Below are positions 23,692-37,953 of a stretch of DNA of 38,030 nt, one piece after another. The DNA is from Escherichia coli. GTDB lineage: Bacteria > Pseudomonadota > Gammaproteobacteria > Enterobacterales > Enterobacteriaceae. A program made the translations under genes and the position numbers. The stretch is from NCBI RefSeq assembly GCF_003334315.1, contig NZ_QOWR01000046.1; one strand, written 5' to 3'. The notes under the pieces were generated by a model, which saw nothing but the letters and a program-made list of their open reading frames with translations, was not told the DNA's origin and made no database searches. How positions within the stretch are numbered: position 1 is the first letter of the stretch; each line of letters begins with the position of its first letter.

Positions 23692-24407
23692 TGTAGTGGT
23701 GAACGTTCGGCAATCTCCTCAATAAAACGGGTGAAACGGGAGGTATCGCCGCATTGCAGCAGATAATTAAACAGTGTTTGTAGCTGGCTGTCATTAGTGA
23801 AGCCTCTAACCAAAAGCGTGGTGATCCTGTCGACCATGCCGATTAAATCGCGGTCGCGAATATGCTTTTGAATCAGTTCCAGCAGAGCTATACGCCGATG
23901 TTGCATGATCTCATCGTCAGGTACGATGGTGATATCCACCAACGGAAAAGCTTCGGTGTACAACTGCCGGGCAAGTTGCGGATCGTCAAACTCATCCAGC
24001 CAGTTGAGTGAGTACGGGTAAGGCGAGGTTTCGCCATGATAAAACAGCAACGGCACCACCAGCGGGACTCTGTCATAGCCTTTGTCCAAGTGACGCTGCA
24101 TGGCGGCAGTGGCATAGCGCATTAGCCGAAAAGCCATATTCTTTTCTGCAGAGCTTTGATGTTCAATCACGCAGTAGATATAGCCGTCACCGTCGCTGGT
24201 TTCCACGGACCACAAAACATCCGAGTAGTAAGCGCGTAAACTTTTTTCAATAAAACTAGTGGGTTCCAGGCGTAAGGTTTGCAGGTTGCAAAGCTTGCGC
24301 AGTGGTTCTGGTAAATGTATTTCGAGAAAATCCCGTGCGGTTTCGGGTGTGAACATAAAGGTTTTAAATACCGCATCATGCGGGGAGGAGGTTGTTGATT
24401 CGGTCAT
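23508..24407 (-). CDS. rpnB: Recombination-promoting nuclease RpnB (YhgA-like, Transposase_31 / PD-(D/E)XK family)
   Basis: 299-aa ORF, recognised YfaD/RpnB sequence; internal AAGGAGAGattaATG at 23676-23690 in frame with the C-terminal tail. Confidence 0.88.
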   Translation of the reverse strand: MTESTTSSPHDAVFKTFMFTPETARDFLEIHLPEPLRKLCNLQTLRLEPTSFIEKSLRAYYSDVLWSVETSDGDGYIYCVIEHQSSAEKNMAFRLMRYATAAMQRHLDKGYDRVPLVVPLLFYHGETSPYPYSLNWLDEFDDPQLARQLYTEAFPLVDITIVPDDEIMQHRRIALLELIQKHIRDRDLIGMVDRITTLLVRGFTNDSQLQTLFNYLLQCGDTSRFTRFIEEIAERSPLQKERLMTIAERLRQEGHQIGWQEGMHEQAIKIALRMLEQGFEREIVLATTQLTDADIPNCH

Positions 24408-24552
24408 GGTTATCCGTCACCTGATATTTATGATGACGCGACATTACGGTTATCCCAGGCCTTTGACATCTGCCAGTTTCAGCCTTTGCGAGACGTTTTC
24501 AGAGGAATTTTCACTGCGTTGCAACGCATACATTGGGCACGGAATCGTGTAC

Positions 24553-24588
24553 GCAAAAATGCCCGGTAACCACATGCTTACCGGGCAT
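24553..24588 (-). terminator. Rho-independent terminator of glpABC (minus strand: atgcccggtaa-gcatgtgg-ttaccgggcat-TTTTT)
   Basis: 11-bp perfect stem, 8-nt loop, followed by five T on the transcribed strand, 12 nt after the glpC stop. Confidence 0.7.
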
Positions 24589-24599
24589 CAGAAAGGAGT

Positions 24600-28664
<4,065 letters not shown>

Positions 28665-28707
28665 TGTTATCCCTCTGAAGTTCGTTTTTTACCATTTAGC
28701 CATAGTA

Positions 28708-28790
28708 AAAACATGAATTGTTTGATTTCGCGCATATTCGCTCATAATTCGAAAGTGAAACGTGATTTCATGCGTCATTTTGAACATTTT
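28708..28790. promoter_or_regulatory. Tandem array of GlpR operator half-site-like repeats in the glpACB/glpTQ divergent control region
   Basis: Consecutive ~10-bp units sharing TTCGnnCAT / TTTGAACAT (atttcgcgcat, attcgctcat, aattcgaaag, tgaaacgtgat, ttcatgcgtcat, tttgaacat). Confidence 0.5.
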
Positions 28791-28807
28791 GTAAATCTTA
28801 TTTAATA

Positions 28808-28829
28808 ATGTGTGCGGCAATTCACATTT
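28808..28829. promoter_or_regulatory. Candidate CRP binding site TGTGC-N6-TCACA in the glp divergent region
   Basis: aatgTGTGCggcaatTCACAttta; 9/10 match to the TGTGA-N6-TCACA core. Confidence 0.5.
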
Positions 28830-28936
28830 AATTTATGAATGTTTTCTTAACATCGCGGCAACTCAAGAAACGGCAGGTTCTCTCACTGAATCAGGCTGTT
28901 AATCATAAATAAGACCACGGGCCACGGAGGCTATCA

Positions 28937-30295
28937 ATGTTGAGTATTTTTAAACCAGCGCCACACAAAGCGCGCTTACCTGCCGCGGAGATCGATCCGA
29001 CTTATCGTCGATTGCGCTGGCAAATTTTCCTGGGGATATTCTTTGGCTATGCGGCTTACTATTTGGTTCGTAAGAACTTTGCGCTTGCTATGCCTTATCT
29101 GGTTGAGCAGGGATTCTCACGCGGTGATTTAGGTTTTGCCCTTTCGGGGATCTCGATTGCTTATGGATTTTCGAAATTCATCATGGGTTCGGTATCGGAT
29201 CGCTCGAATCCGCGCGTTTTCCTGCCCGCAGGTTTGATTCTGGCGGCGGCAGTGATGTTGTTTATGGGCTTTGTGCCATGGGCGACGTCGAGCATTGCGG
29301 TGATGTTTGTACTGTTGTTCCTCTGCGGTTGGTTCCAGGGGATGGGGTGGCCGCCGTGTGGTCGTACTATGGTGCACTGGTGGTCGCAGAAAGAACGTGG
29401 CGGCATTGTGTCAGTGTGGAACTGTGCGCACAACGTCGGTGGTGGTATTCCGCCGCTGCTGTTCCTGCTGGGGATGGCCTGGTTCAATGACTGGCATGCG
29501 GCGCTCTATATGCCTGCTTTCTGCGCCATTCTGGTGGCATTATTCGCCTTTGCGATGATGCGCGATACCCCGCAATCCTGTGGCTTGCCGCCGATCGAAG
29601 AGTACAAAAATGATTATCCGGACGACTATAACGAAAAAGCGGAACAGGAGCTGACGGCGAAGCAAATCTTCATGCAGTATGTACTGCCGAACAAACTGCT
29701 GTGGTATATCGCCATCGCCAACGTGTTCGTTTATCTGCTGCGTTACGGCATCCTCGACTGGTCACCGACTTATCTGAAAGAGGTTAAGCATTTCGCGCTG
29801 GATAAATCCTCCTGGGCCTACTTCCTTTATGAATATGCAGGTATTCCGGGCACTCTGCTGTGCGGCTGGATGTCGGATAAAGTCTTCCGTGGCAACCGTG
29901 GGGCAACCGGCGTTTTCTTTATGACACTGGTGACCATCGCGACTATCGTTTACTGGATGAACCCGGCAGGTAACCCAACCGTCGATATGATTTGTATGAT
30001 TGTTATCGGCTTCCTGATCTACGGTCCTGTGATGCTGATCGGTCTGCATGCGCTGGAACTGGCACCGAAAAAAGCGGCAGGTACGGCAGCGGGCTTTACC
30101 GGGCTGTTTGGTTACCTGGGCGGTTCGGTGGCGGCGAGCGCGATTGTTGGCTACACCGTGGACTTCTTCGGCTGGGATGGCGGCTTTATGGTAATGATTG
30201 GCGGCAGCATTCTGGCGGTTATCTTGTTGATTGTTGTGATGATTGGCGAAAAACGTCGCCATGAACAATTACTGCAAAAACGCAACGGAGGCTAA
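28937..30295 (+). CDS. glpT: Glycerol-3-phosphate:phosphate antiporter (MFS)
   Basis: 452-aa ORF, recognised GlpT sequence, SD GGAGG upstream. Confidence 0.93.
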   Translation: MLSIFKPAPHKARLPAAEIDPTYRRLRWQIFLGIFFGYAAYYLVRKNFALAMPYLVEQGFSRGDLGFALSGISIAYGFSKFIMGSVSDRSNPRVFLPAGLILAAAVMLFMGFVPWATSSIAVMFVLLFLCGWFQGMGWPPCGRTMVHWWSQKERGGIVSVWNCAHNVGGGIPPLLFLLGMAWFNDWHAALYMPAFCAILVALFAFAMMRDTPQSCGLPPIEEYKNDYPDDYNEKAEQELTAKQIFMQYVLPNKLLWYIAIANVFVYLLRYGILDWSPTYLKEVKHFALDKSSWAYFLYEYAGIPGTLLCGWMSDKVFRGNRGATGVFFMTLVTIATIVYWMNPAGNPTVDMICMIVIGFLIYGPVMLIGLHALELAPKKAAGTAAGFTGLFGYLGGSVAASAIVGYTVDFFGWDGGFMVMIGGSILAVILLIVVMIGEKRRHEQLLQKRNGG

Positions 30296-30299
30296 TGGC

Positions 30300-31376
30300 A
30301 TGAAATTGACGCTGAAAAACCTTAGCATGGCGATCATGATGAGCACTATAGTCATGGGAAGCAGTGCAATGGCGGCGGACAGCAACGAAAAAATAGTCAT
30401 CGCCCATCGCGGTGCCAGTGGATATTTGCCGGAGCATACGCTGCCAGCAAAAGCGATGGCGTATGCGCAGGGAGCGGATTATCTGGAACAGGATTTGGTG
30501 ATGACCAAAGACGACAATCTGGTTGTTCTGCATGACCATTACCTCGATCGTGTTACTGATGTTGCCGATCGTTTCCCGGATCGGGCGCGCAAAGACGGTC
30601 GTTACTACGCGATAGATTTCACGCTGGATGAAATTAAGTCGTTGAAATTTACCGAAGGTTTCGATATTGAAAACGGTAAAAAAGTGCAGACTTATCCGGG
30701 GCGTTTCCCAATGGGTAAGTCCGACTTCCGGGTGCACACCTTTGAAGAAGAGATTGAATTTGTTCAGGGGTTAAATCACTCTACCGGGAAAAATATCGGT
30801 ATTTATCCAGAAATCAAAGCGCCGTGGTTCCATCATCAGGAAGGGAAGGATATTGCGGCAAAAACGCTGGAAGTGCTGAAGAAATATGGTTACACCGGTA
30901 AAGACGATAAAGTTTATTTGCAATGTTTTGATGCTGATGAGCTGAAGCGTATTAAGAATGAGCTGGAACCCAAAATGGGCATGGAGCTCAATCTGGTACA
31001 GCTGATTGCCTATACCGACTGGAATGAAACGCAGCAGAAACAGCCGGATGGAAGCTGGGTTAATTACAACTACGACTGGATGTTTAAGCCGGGTGCCATG
31101 AAACAGGTGGCGGAATATGCAGATGGTATTGGTCCGGATTACCATATGTTGATTGAGGAGACATCGCAGCCGGGTAATATCAAACTCACTGGCATGGTGC
31201 AAGATGCTCAGCAAAATAAACTGGTAGTGCATCCTTATACCGTGCGGTCAGATAAACTGCCTGAATACACTCCTGATGTGAATCAGTTATATGATGCTCT
31301 GTATAACAAAGCGGGTGTAAATGGGCTGTTTACTGATTTCCCTGATAAGGCAGTAAAATTTCTTAATAAAGAGTAA
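30300..31376 (+). CDS. glpQ: Periplasmic glycerophosphodiester phosphodiesterase
   Basis: 358 aa from ATG 30300 (MKLTLKNLSMAIMMSTIVMGSSAMA signal peptide) with GGAGG SD; track ORF starts upstream inside glpT. Confidence 0.92.
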   Translation: MKLTLKNLSMAIMMSTIVMGSSAMAADSNEKIVIAHRGASGYLPEHTLPAKAMAYAQGADYLEQDLVMTKDDNLVVLHDHYLDRVTDVADRFPDRARKDGRYYAIDFTLDEIKSLKFTEGFDIENGKKVQTYPGRFPMGKSDFRVHTFEEEIEFVQGLNHSTGKNIGIYPEIKAPWFHHQEGKDIAAKTLEVLKKYGYTGKDDKVYLQCFDADELKRIKNELEPKMGMELNLVQLIAYTDWNETQQKQPDGSWVNYNYDWMFKPGAMKQVAEYADGIGPDYHMLIEETSQPGNIKLTGMVQDAQQNKLVVHPYTVRSDKLPEYTPDVNQLYDALYNKAGVNGLFTDFPDKAVKFLNKE

Positions 31377-31384
31377 TGTTACTG

Positions 31385-31425
31385 CAGGATGGCGTTCATG
31401 CGCCATCCTGTCTCATATCAAATTT
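31385..31425 (+). terminator. Candidate glpTQ terminator hairpin caggatggcg-ttcatg-cgccatcctg with downstream T5
   Basis: 10-bp perfect stem 9 nt after the glpQ stop; T-run is displaced about 10 nt from the stem. Confidence 0.5.
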
Positions 31426-31624
31426 TTCCAATCGCCACTAATTGTTCCATGCACATTTGTAGTAAAAACAGTGGACTGCCTTCTACCGGCTTTTCTTTAG
31501 CCAGCAACGAAATCTGTCGATAGAAAGTTGGTTCGAGAGGAACGGAACACAATTCACCTGCAATGCTTTTCAGCGTTAACTCTGGTTGTAAGGCGATGCC
31601 TAATCCCTGTCGAATAAAATTCAT
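31418..31624 (-). pseudogene. yfaH: LysR-family regulator remnant (C-terminal substrate-binding fragment only)
   Basis: 68-aa ORF (MNFIRQGLGIALQPELTLKS...) resembling a LysR C-terminal domain; no HTH N-terminus. Confidence 0.6.
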
Positions 31625-31838
31625 CGCTGTATCCGCCTGATTAAATTCACATTTTATCTGCTGGGCGCACTATTAGTGGTAGTGGCTGGTGGAATCTATG
31701 CGCTGCAAATGAAGGGTAAAAGCGGTGTCAAGCTAGTAGTGGCAAAAGAAATTCATTAATACGACACGTTTCATTAAGATTTTCCTCAGGTAACCACCTA
31801 TAGTCATTGTCGTTAATAAAAATGACAGGCGATAGGGT

Positions 31839-32489
31839 ATGGCAGTTTCAGCAAAGTACGACGAATTTAATCACTGGTGGGCAACAGAGGGCGACTGGGT
31901 TGAAGAGCCTAACTATCGCCGTAATGGTATGAGCGGGGTGCAATGCGTCGAGCGCAACGGCAAAAAGCTGTATGTAAAGCGCATGACGCATCATCTGTTT
32001 CATTCCGTACGTTATCCGTTCGGCCGACCAACGATTGTCCGTGAGGTTGCGGTAATTAAAGAACTGGAACGGGCCGGTGTCATCGTGCCGAAGATCGTTT
32101 TTGGTGAAGCGGTGAAAATTGAGGGTGAATGGCGAGCGTTGCTGGTGACTGAAGATATGGCGGGGTTCATCAGCATTGCTGACTGGTATGCCCAGCATGC
32201 AGTATCGCCTTATTCTGACGAAGTACGGCAAGCCATGTTGAAAGCAGTGGCGCTGGCGTTTAAGAAAATGCATAGCATTAATCGTCAGCATGGCTGTTGT
32301 TATGTTCGCCATATCTATGTGAAAACAGAAGGTAATGCAGAAGCTGGTTTTCTTGACCTGGAGAAAAGTCGTCGCCGCTTGCGTCGCGATAAAGCGATTA
32401 ATCATGACTTCCGCCAGCTGGAAAAATATCTGGAGCCAATCCCCAAAGCGGACTGGGAGCAGGTGAAAGCGTATTACTACGCCATGTAA
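31839..32489 (+). CDS. inaA: Acid-inducible putative lipopolysaccharide/Kdo kinase family protein InaA
   Basis: 216-aa ORF, recognised InaA sequence. Confidence 0.88.
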   Translation: MAVSAKYDEFNHWWATEGDWVEEPNYRRNGMSGVQCVERNGKKLYVKRMTHHLFHSVRYPFGRPTIVREVAVIKELERAGVIVPKIVFGEAVKIEGEWRALLVTEDMAGFISIADWYAQHAVSPYSDEVRQAMLKAVALAFKKMHSINRQHGCCYVRHIYVKTEGNAEAGFLDLEKSRRRLRRDKAINHDFRQLEKYLEPIPKADWEQVKAYYYAM

Positions 32490-32491
32490 TC

Positions 32492-32537
32492 GTTGTAGGC
32501 CAGATAAGACGCATAAGCGTTGTATCTGGCACTACAA
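32492..32537. repeat. Imperfect ~21-bp-arm inverted repeat (REP-like palindrome / bidirectional terminator) between the convergent inaA and yfaE
   Basis: gttgtaggccagataagacgc ... gcgttgtatctggcactacaac are near reverse complements. Confidence 0.45.
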
Positions 32538-32542
32538 CCAAT

Positions 32543-32797
32543 TCACATCTCGATTTCAATATCGCCTTTTGCCCGGCAACAACAGGGCAAAATTTCCCCC
32601 GGCTGAATAAAGGCTAACGGTTCGGCAATCCAGTCAACTTGACCTGCAACCAGGCGTGTGCGACAGGAGCCGCAGTAACCTTCGCGACACTGGTACTCAA
32701 CCGCCACATTGTGGGATTCCAGCGCCGCCAGAAGGGAAGGGTGTTCATCCTGGCACAGCAGTTGTGTGCCAGTGATGCGCAGGGTAACGCGGGCCAT
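32543..32797 (-). CDS. yfaE: 2Fe-2S ferredoxin involved in ribonucleotide reductase diferric-tyrosyl radical cofactor maintenance
   Basis: 84-aa ORF with ferredoxin Cys pattern (CREGYCGSCRT ... CCC). Confidence 0.88.
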   Translation of the reverse strand: MARVTLRITGTQLLCQDEHPSLLAALESHNVAVEYQCREGYCGSCRTRLVAGQVDWIAEPLAFIQPGEILPCCCRAKGDIEIEM

Positions 32798-33927
32798 CAG
32801 AGCTGGAAGTTACTCAAATCGTCGGTGTCCACTTCCGAGTCAATCTGCCCGACCAGATAAGAACTGACTTCCACTTCCTGCGGAGCAACCTGCACGTTAT
32901 CAGACACCAGCCAAGTGTTGATCCACGGGATCGGGTTGGAGCGCGTCTGGAACGGCAGATCCAAACCGACTGCCTGCATACGGATATTGGTGATGTATTC
33001 AACGTACTGGCAGAGAATGTCTTTATTCAGACCAATCATCGAACCGTCGCGGAACAGATAATCCGCCCAGTCTTTCTCCTGTTGAGCTGCCTGAACAAAC
33101 AGGTCATAGCACTCCTGCTTACACTCTTCGGCAATTTCCGCCATCTCAGGATCGTCCGCGCCGCTGCGCAGCAGATTCAGCATATGCTGGGTGCCGGTCA
33201 GGTGCAGGGCTTCGTCGCGGGCAATCAGGCGAATAATTTTGGCGTTGCCTTCCATCAATTCGCGTTCTGCAAATGCGAAGGAACAAGCAAAGCTGACGTA
33301 GAAACGAATCGCTTCCAGCGCGTTAACGCTCATCAGGCAGAGATACAGTTTTTTCTTCAGCTCGCGCAGGCTAACGGTCACAGTTTTACCGTTAACGGTG
33401 TGGGTACCTTCGCCCAGCAGATGCCAGTAGCTGGTCATTTCGATCAGCTCATCGTAATAGCTGGAGATCCCTTCCGCACGTTTCTGGATCTGCTCGTTGG
33501 TGACGATATCGTCAAACACAACAGACGGATCGTTAACGATATTACGAATGATATGAGTATAGGAACGGGAATGAATCGTTTCTGAGAACGCCCAGGTTTC
33601 GACCCAGGTTTCCAGTTCCGGAATAGAAATAAGCGGCAATAGCGCCACGTTCGGGCTACGACCCTGAATGGAATCCAGCAGCGTCTGATATTTCAGGTTG
33701 CTGATAAAGATGTGTTTTTCGTGCTCCGGCAGCGCCTGGTAATCTATACGGTCGCGGGAGACGTCAACTTCTTCCGGACGCCAGAAGAAAGAGAGCTGCT
33801 TTTCGATCAGCTTTTCGAAGATGTCATATTTTTGCTGATCGTAGCGAGCCACGTTGACCGGCTGACCAAAGAACATCGGTTCTTTGAGCTGATCATTTTT
33901 CGTCTGTGAAAAGGTGGTATATGCCAT
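32797..33927 (-). CDS. nrdB: Ribonucleoside-diphosphate reductase 1 beta subunit (class Ia R2)
   Basis: 376 aa from ATG 33927 ([17 protein letters not shown]...); the track ORF to 34158 is an artefactual extension through REP sequences. Confidence 0.93.
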
Positions 33928-33950
33928 GAGTGTGTCCTGTTGGGAGTTTA

Positions 33951-34152
<202 letters not shown>

Positions 34153-34160
34153 TCTCAATA

Positions 34161-36446
34161 TCAGATCTTACATGCGCCGCTTTCGCAGCCATCGTCCTGG
34201 ATTGACGGCACCAGATCGTCTTGTGCGTCTTCAGCGCCGTCACGGGTGTTCTGATAATACAGTGTTTTGACCCCGAATTTGTAGGCGGTGAGCAGGTCTT
34301 TCAGCAACTGCTGCATCGGCACTTTTCCTGACGGGAAGCGTGACGGATCGTAGTTGGTGTTGGCAGAGATCGACTGATCGATAAATTTCTGCATGATACC
34401 CACCAGTTGCAGATAACCATCGTTACCCGGCATTTCCCACAGCAGCTCATAGGCGTCGTGCAGGTGCTCGTAGTCCGGCACCACCTGGCGCAAAATACCG
34501 TCTTTCGACGCTTTGATGCTGACGTAACCGCGCGGCGGTTCAATACCGTTAGTGGCGTTAGAGATCTGCGAAGAAGTCTCGGACGGCATCAGAGCAGAAA
34601 GCGTGGAGTTACGCAGACCGTGCGTTTTGATTGACTCACGCAGAGCTTCCCAGTCGTAATGCAGCGGCTCATTAGCGATGGTATCCAGATCTTTCTTATA
34701 GGTATCGATCGGCAGGATCCCTTTCGCGTAAGTGGTTTCGTTAAACCACGGGCACGCGCCTTGCTCTTTCGCCAGCTCATTAGAGGCTTTCAGCAGGTAA
34801 TACTGAATGGCTTCGAAGGTTTTATGCGTCAGGTTGTTGGCGCTGCCGTCGGAGTAGCGTTTACCGTGCTTCGCCAGGTAGTAAGCGAAGTTGATCACAC
34901 CAATACCCAGCGTACGACGACCCATCGCTCCACGTTTGGCGGCCGGGATCGGGTAATCCTGATAATCCAGCAGCGCGTCAAGTGCACGAACCGCCAGAAT
35001 TGCCAGCTCTTCCAGTTCATCCAGGTTATTAATTGCGCCCAGGTTGAAAGCAGACAGCGTACACAGCGCGATTTCACCGTTCTCGTCGTTGACGTCGTTC
35101 AGCGGTTTGGTCGGCAGGGCTATCTCCAGGCACAGGTTAGACTGACGCACTGGCGCGATGGCCGGATCAAACGGGCTATGGGTATTGCAGTGGTCAACGT
35201 TCTGAATATAGATACGACCGGTAGACGCACGTTCCTGCATCATCAGCGAGAACAGCTCAACGGCTTTCACACGCTGCTTGCGGATGCTGTCGTCTTTCTC
35301 ATATTTGGTATACAGACGTTCAAACTCTTCCTGATCGGCGAAGAACGCGTCGTACAGCCCCGGTACGTCGGACGGGCTGAACAGGGTGATATCTTCACCT
35401 TTCAGCAGACGGGTATACATCAGTTTGTTGATTTGTACCCCGTAGTCCATATGACGCACGCGGTTGCCTTCCACACCACGGTTGTTTTTCAACACCAGCA
35501 GGCTTTCCACTTCCAGATGCCACATCGGGTAGAACAGCGTTGCCGCACCGCCGCGCACACCGCCCTGAGAGCAGGATTTCACCGCTGTCTGGAAATGTTT
35601 GTAGAACGGAATGCAGCCGGTATGGAACGCTTCACCACCGCGAATCGGGCTACCCAGCGCACGAATACGCCCGGCGTTGATGCCGATCCCGGCACGCTGG
35701 GAAACGTATTTAACAATCGCGCTGGAGGTGGCGTTGATGGAATCCAGGCTGTCACCGCACTCGATCAGTACGCAGGAGCTGAACTGACGAGTCGGGGTAC
35801 GCACGCCGGACATGATTGGCGTCGGCAGCGAAATTTTAAATGTGGAAACCGCGTCGTAAAAACGCTTCACATATTGCAGGCGCGTTTCACGCGGGTAGTT
35901 CGAGAACAAGCACGCGGCAACTAGAATATAAAGGAACTGGGCGCTCTCATAGATTTCGCCGGTCACGCGGTTCTGTACCAGATATTTGCCTTCCAGCTGC
36001 TTAACGGCAGCATAAGAGAAGGTCATATCACGGTCGTGATCGATAAAGGTGTCCATCTGCTTGAACTCTTCTTCCGTGTAGTCTTCCAGCAGATGATTAT
36101 CGTATTTGCCCATCTCGACCATTTTCACCACGTGGTCGTACAGCGCAGGCGGCTCAAACTGGCCGTAGGCTTTTTTACGCAGGTGGAAGATCGCCAGGCG
36201 CGCGGCGAGATACTGATAATCCGGCGCATCACGGGAGATCAGGTCTGCGGCAGCCTTGATAATGGTTTCGTGGATGTCAGAGGTCTTGATACCGTCATAA
36301 AACTGAATGTGGGAGCGCAGCTCGACCTGGGAAATCGAAACGTTATGCAGTCCTTCTGCCGCCCAATCCAGAACGCGATGGATTTTGTCGAGATTGATGC
36401 GCTCTGTGCTACCGTCGCGCTTTGTCACCAGCAGATTCTGATTCAT
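34161..36446 (-). CDS. nrdA: Ribonucleoside-diphosphate reductase 1 alpha subunit (class Ia R1)
   Basis: 761-aa ORF with N-terminal ATP-cone, recognised NrdA sequence. Confidence 0.95.
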
Positions 36447-36523
36447 GTATGTCGTACCTGTTTTTGGAATTCTTTCCGCAATAGTTTCATGCAGACTACC
36501 TGTAGTACGGGAAGCTGCTTAGA

Positions 36524-36570
36524 ACACTATATATAGGGGGTATGTTTGGGATTCACTGCAAGATAGTGTG
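36524..36570 (-). promoter_or_regulatory. nrdAB promoter region with two NrdR-box-like palindromes
   Basis: acactatatataggg (36524-36538) and cactgcaagatagtgtg (36554-36570), about 80-125 bp upstream of the nrdA ATG. Confidence 0.5.
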
Positions 36571-36599
36571 AAAATGACCCTCTTGCAAGTGCATAACTT

Positions 36600-36608
36600 T
36601 GTGGATAA
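36600..36608 (-). promoter_or_regulatory. DnaA box (TTATCCACA on the minus strand)
   Basis: Exact 9-mer tgtggataa on the plus strand upstream of the nrdA promoter. Confidence 0.55.
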
Positions 36609-37141
36609 CTCAGGAAGGAAAAAGTGGCTTTCGCGCACCTTAGGTCAGACAAGGTGTCCGGGAAAGTCAATGGGAAGAGAAAAATTTGTTAAAAATAACT
36701 GTTCGGCGATTTCTTGAACGGCATAATAGGTTAGATAAATTGATATAGATGGTTTATTAATCTTTTTGCTAATGATTGCAAAAATTGATCTAAGCACGAG
36801 TCATCACATAATCTGATGTATCAGTTGTGGTCAATATATAAGCGAATGTAAGAGATTGTTGATGGCGAAATGGTTGTTTTCTATTCGGTTATTGTTAAAT
36901 GCTAAGCCATTTTGTTAATTTACCTTATATTATAAGAAAATTATTCATGACTTTAATTTAGTTTAAATATAACTGATATCCCTGAAGGTTATTAACTTGA
37001 ATTATGACGCACTGATATTATTCATCAAATAATAACAAAATAGCCATTGCACCGGGTTGAACAATTTACAAAAGAAAGATATTCCATATCGTATAATGCG
37101 ATTAAATACGCCGTCTTATAGAAAATGATGGTTAGATTAAT

Positions 37142-37953
37142 ATGCGGATTATCTTTCTACGCAAGGAGTATTTATCTTTACTCCCGTCAATGATTGCATC
37201 TCTTTTCTCTGCTAACGGTGTCGCGGCGGTCACTGATTCATGCCAGGGATATGATGTCAAAGCGAGTTGTCAGGCCAGCAGGCAAAGCCTTTCAGGCATT
37301 ACGCAGGACTGGAGTATCGCTGATGGGCAATGGCTGGTTTTTTCGGATATGACCAATAACGCCAGCGGTGGGGCCGTATTTTTGCAACAAGGAGCAGAAT
37401 TTTCACTATTACCAGAAAATGAAACTGGAATGACTCTGTTTGCCAATAACACCGTTACAGGAGAATATAATAACGGCGGGGCCATATTTGCTAAAGAAAA
37501 CTCAACGCTGAATCTTACTGATGTTATTTTTTCCGGTAACGTCGCAGGCGGCTATGGTGGCGCAATTTATTCTTCTGGTACTAACGATACTGGTGCCGTC
37601 GATTTACGTGTCACTAACGCCATGTTTCGCAATAACATCGCTAATGATGGCAAAGGTGGCGCAATTTATACCATTAATAATGACGTTTATTTAAGTGATG
37701 TTATTTTTGATAACAACCAGGCATATACATCAACAAGTTACAGTGATGGCGATGGCGGGGCAATCGATGTTACCGATAATAATAGCGACAGCAAGCATCC
37801 TTCAGGTTATACGATAGTAAATAACACTGCCTTTACAAATAACACTGCCGAAGGTTATGGCGGGGCGATATATACCAATAGCGTGACGGCTCCCTATCTT
37901 ATTGATATTTCTGTTGATGACAGCTACAGCCAGAACGGAGGCGTGTTAGTCGA
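37142..37953 (+). pseudogene. yfaL: Autotransporter adhesin YfaL/EhaC-like, N-terminal passenger fragment, interrupted at about codon 270 by an IS element
   Basis: Open frame from ATG 37142 (MRIIFLRKEYLSLLPSMIASLFSANG...) with repeated GGAIY/NNTA beta-helix motifs; the frame is not in the ORF track because it has no stop in the window; character changes abruptly at 37954. Confidence 0.7.

Noticed and set aside
31625-31838. Looked for a mar/sox/rob box upstream of inaA
   Set aside because: Could not find a convincing match to the degenerate marbox consensus by eye; needs a matrix scan.
37270-37485. 71-aa minus-strand ORF inside yfaL
   Set aside because: Antisense to the autotransporter passenger frame; no RBS; not credible as a gene.
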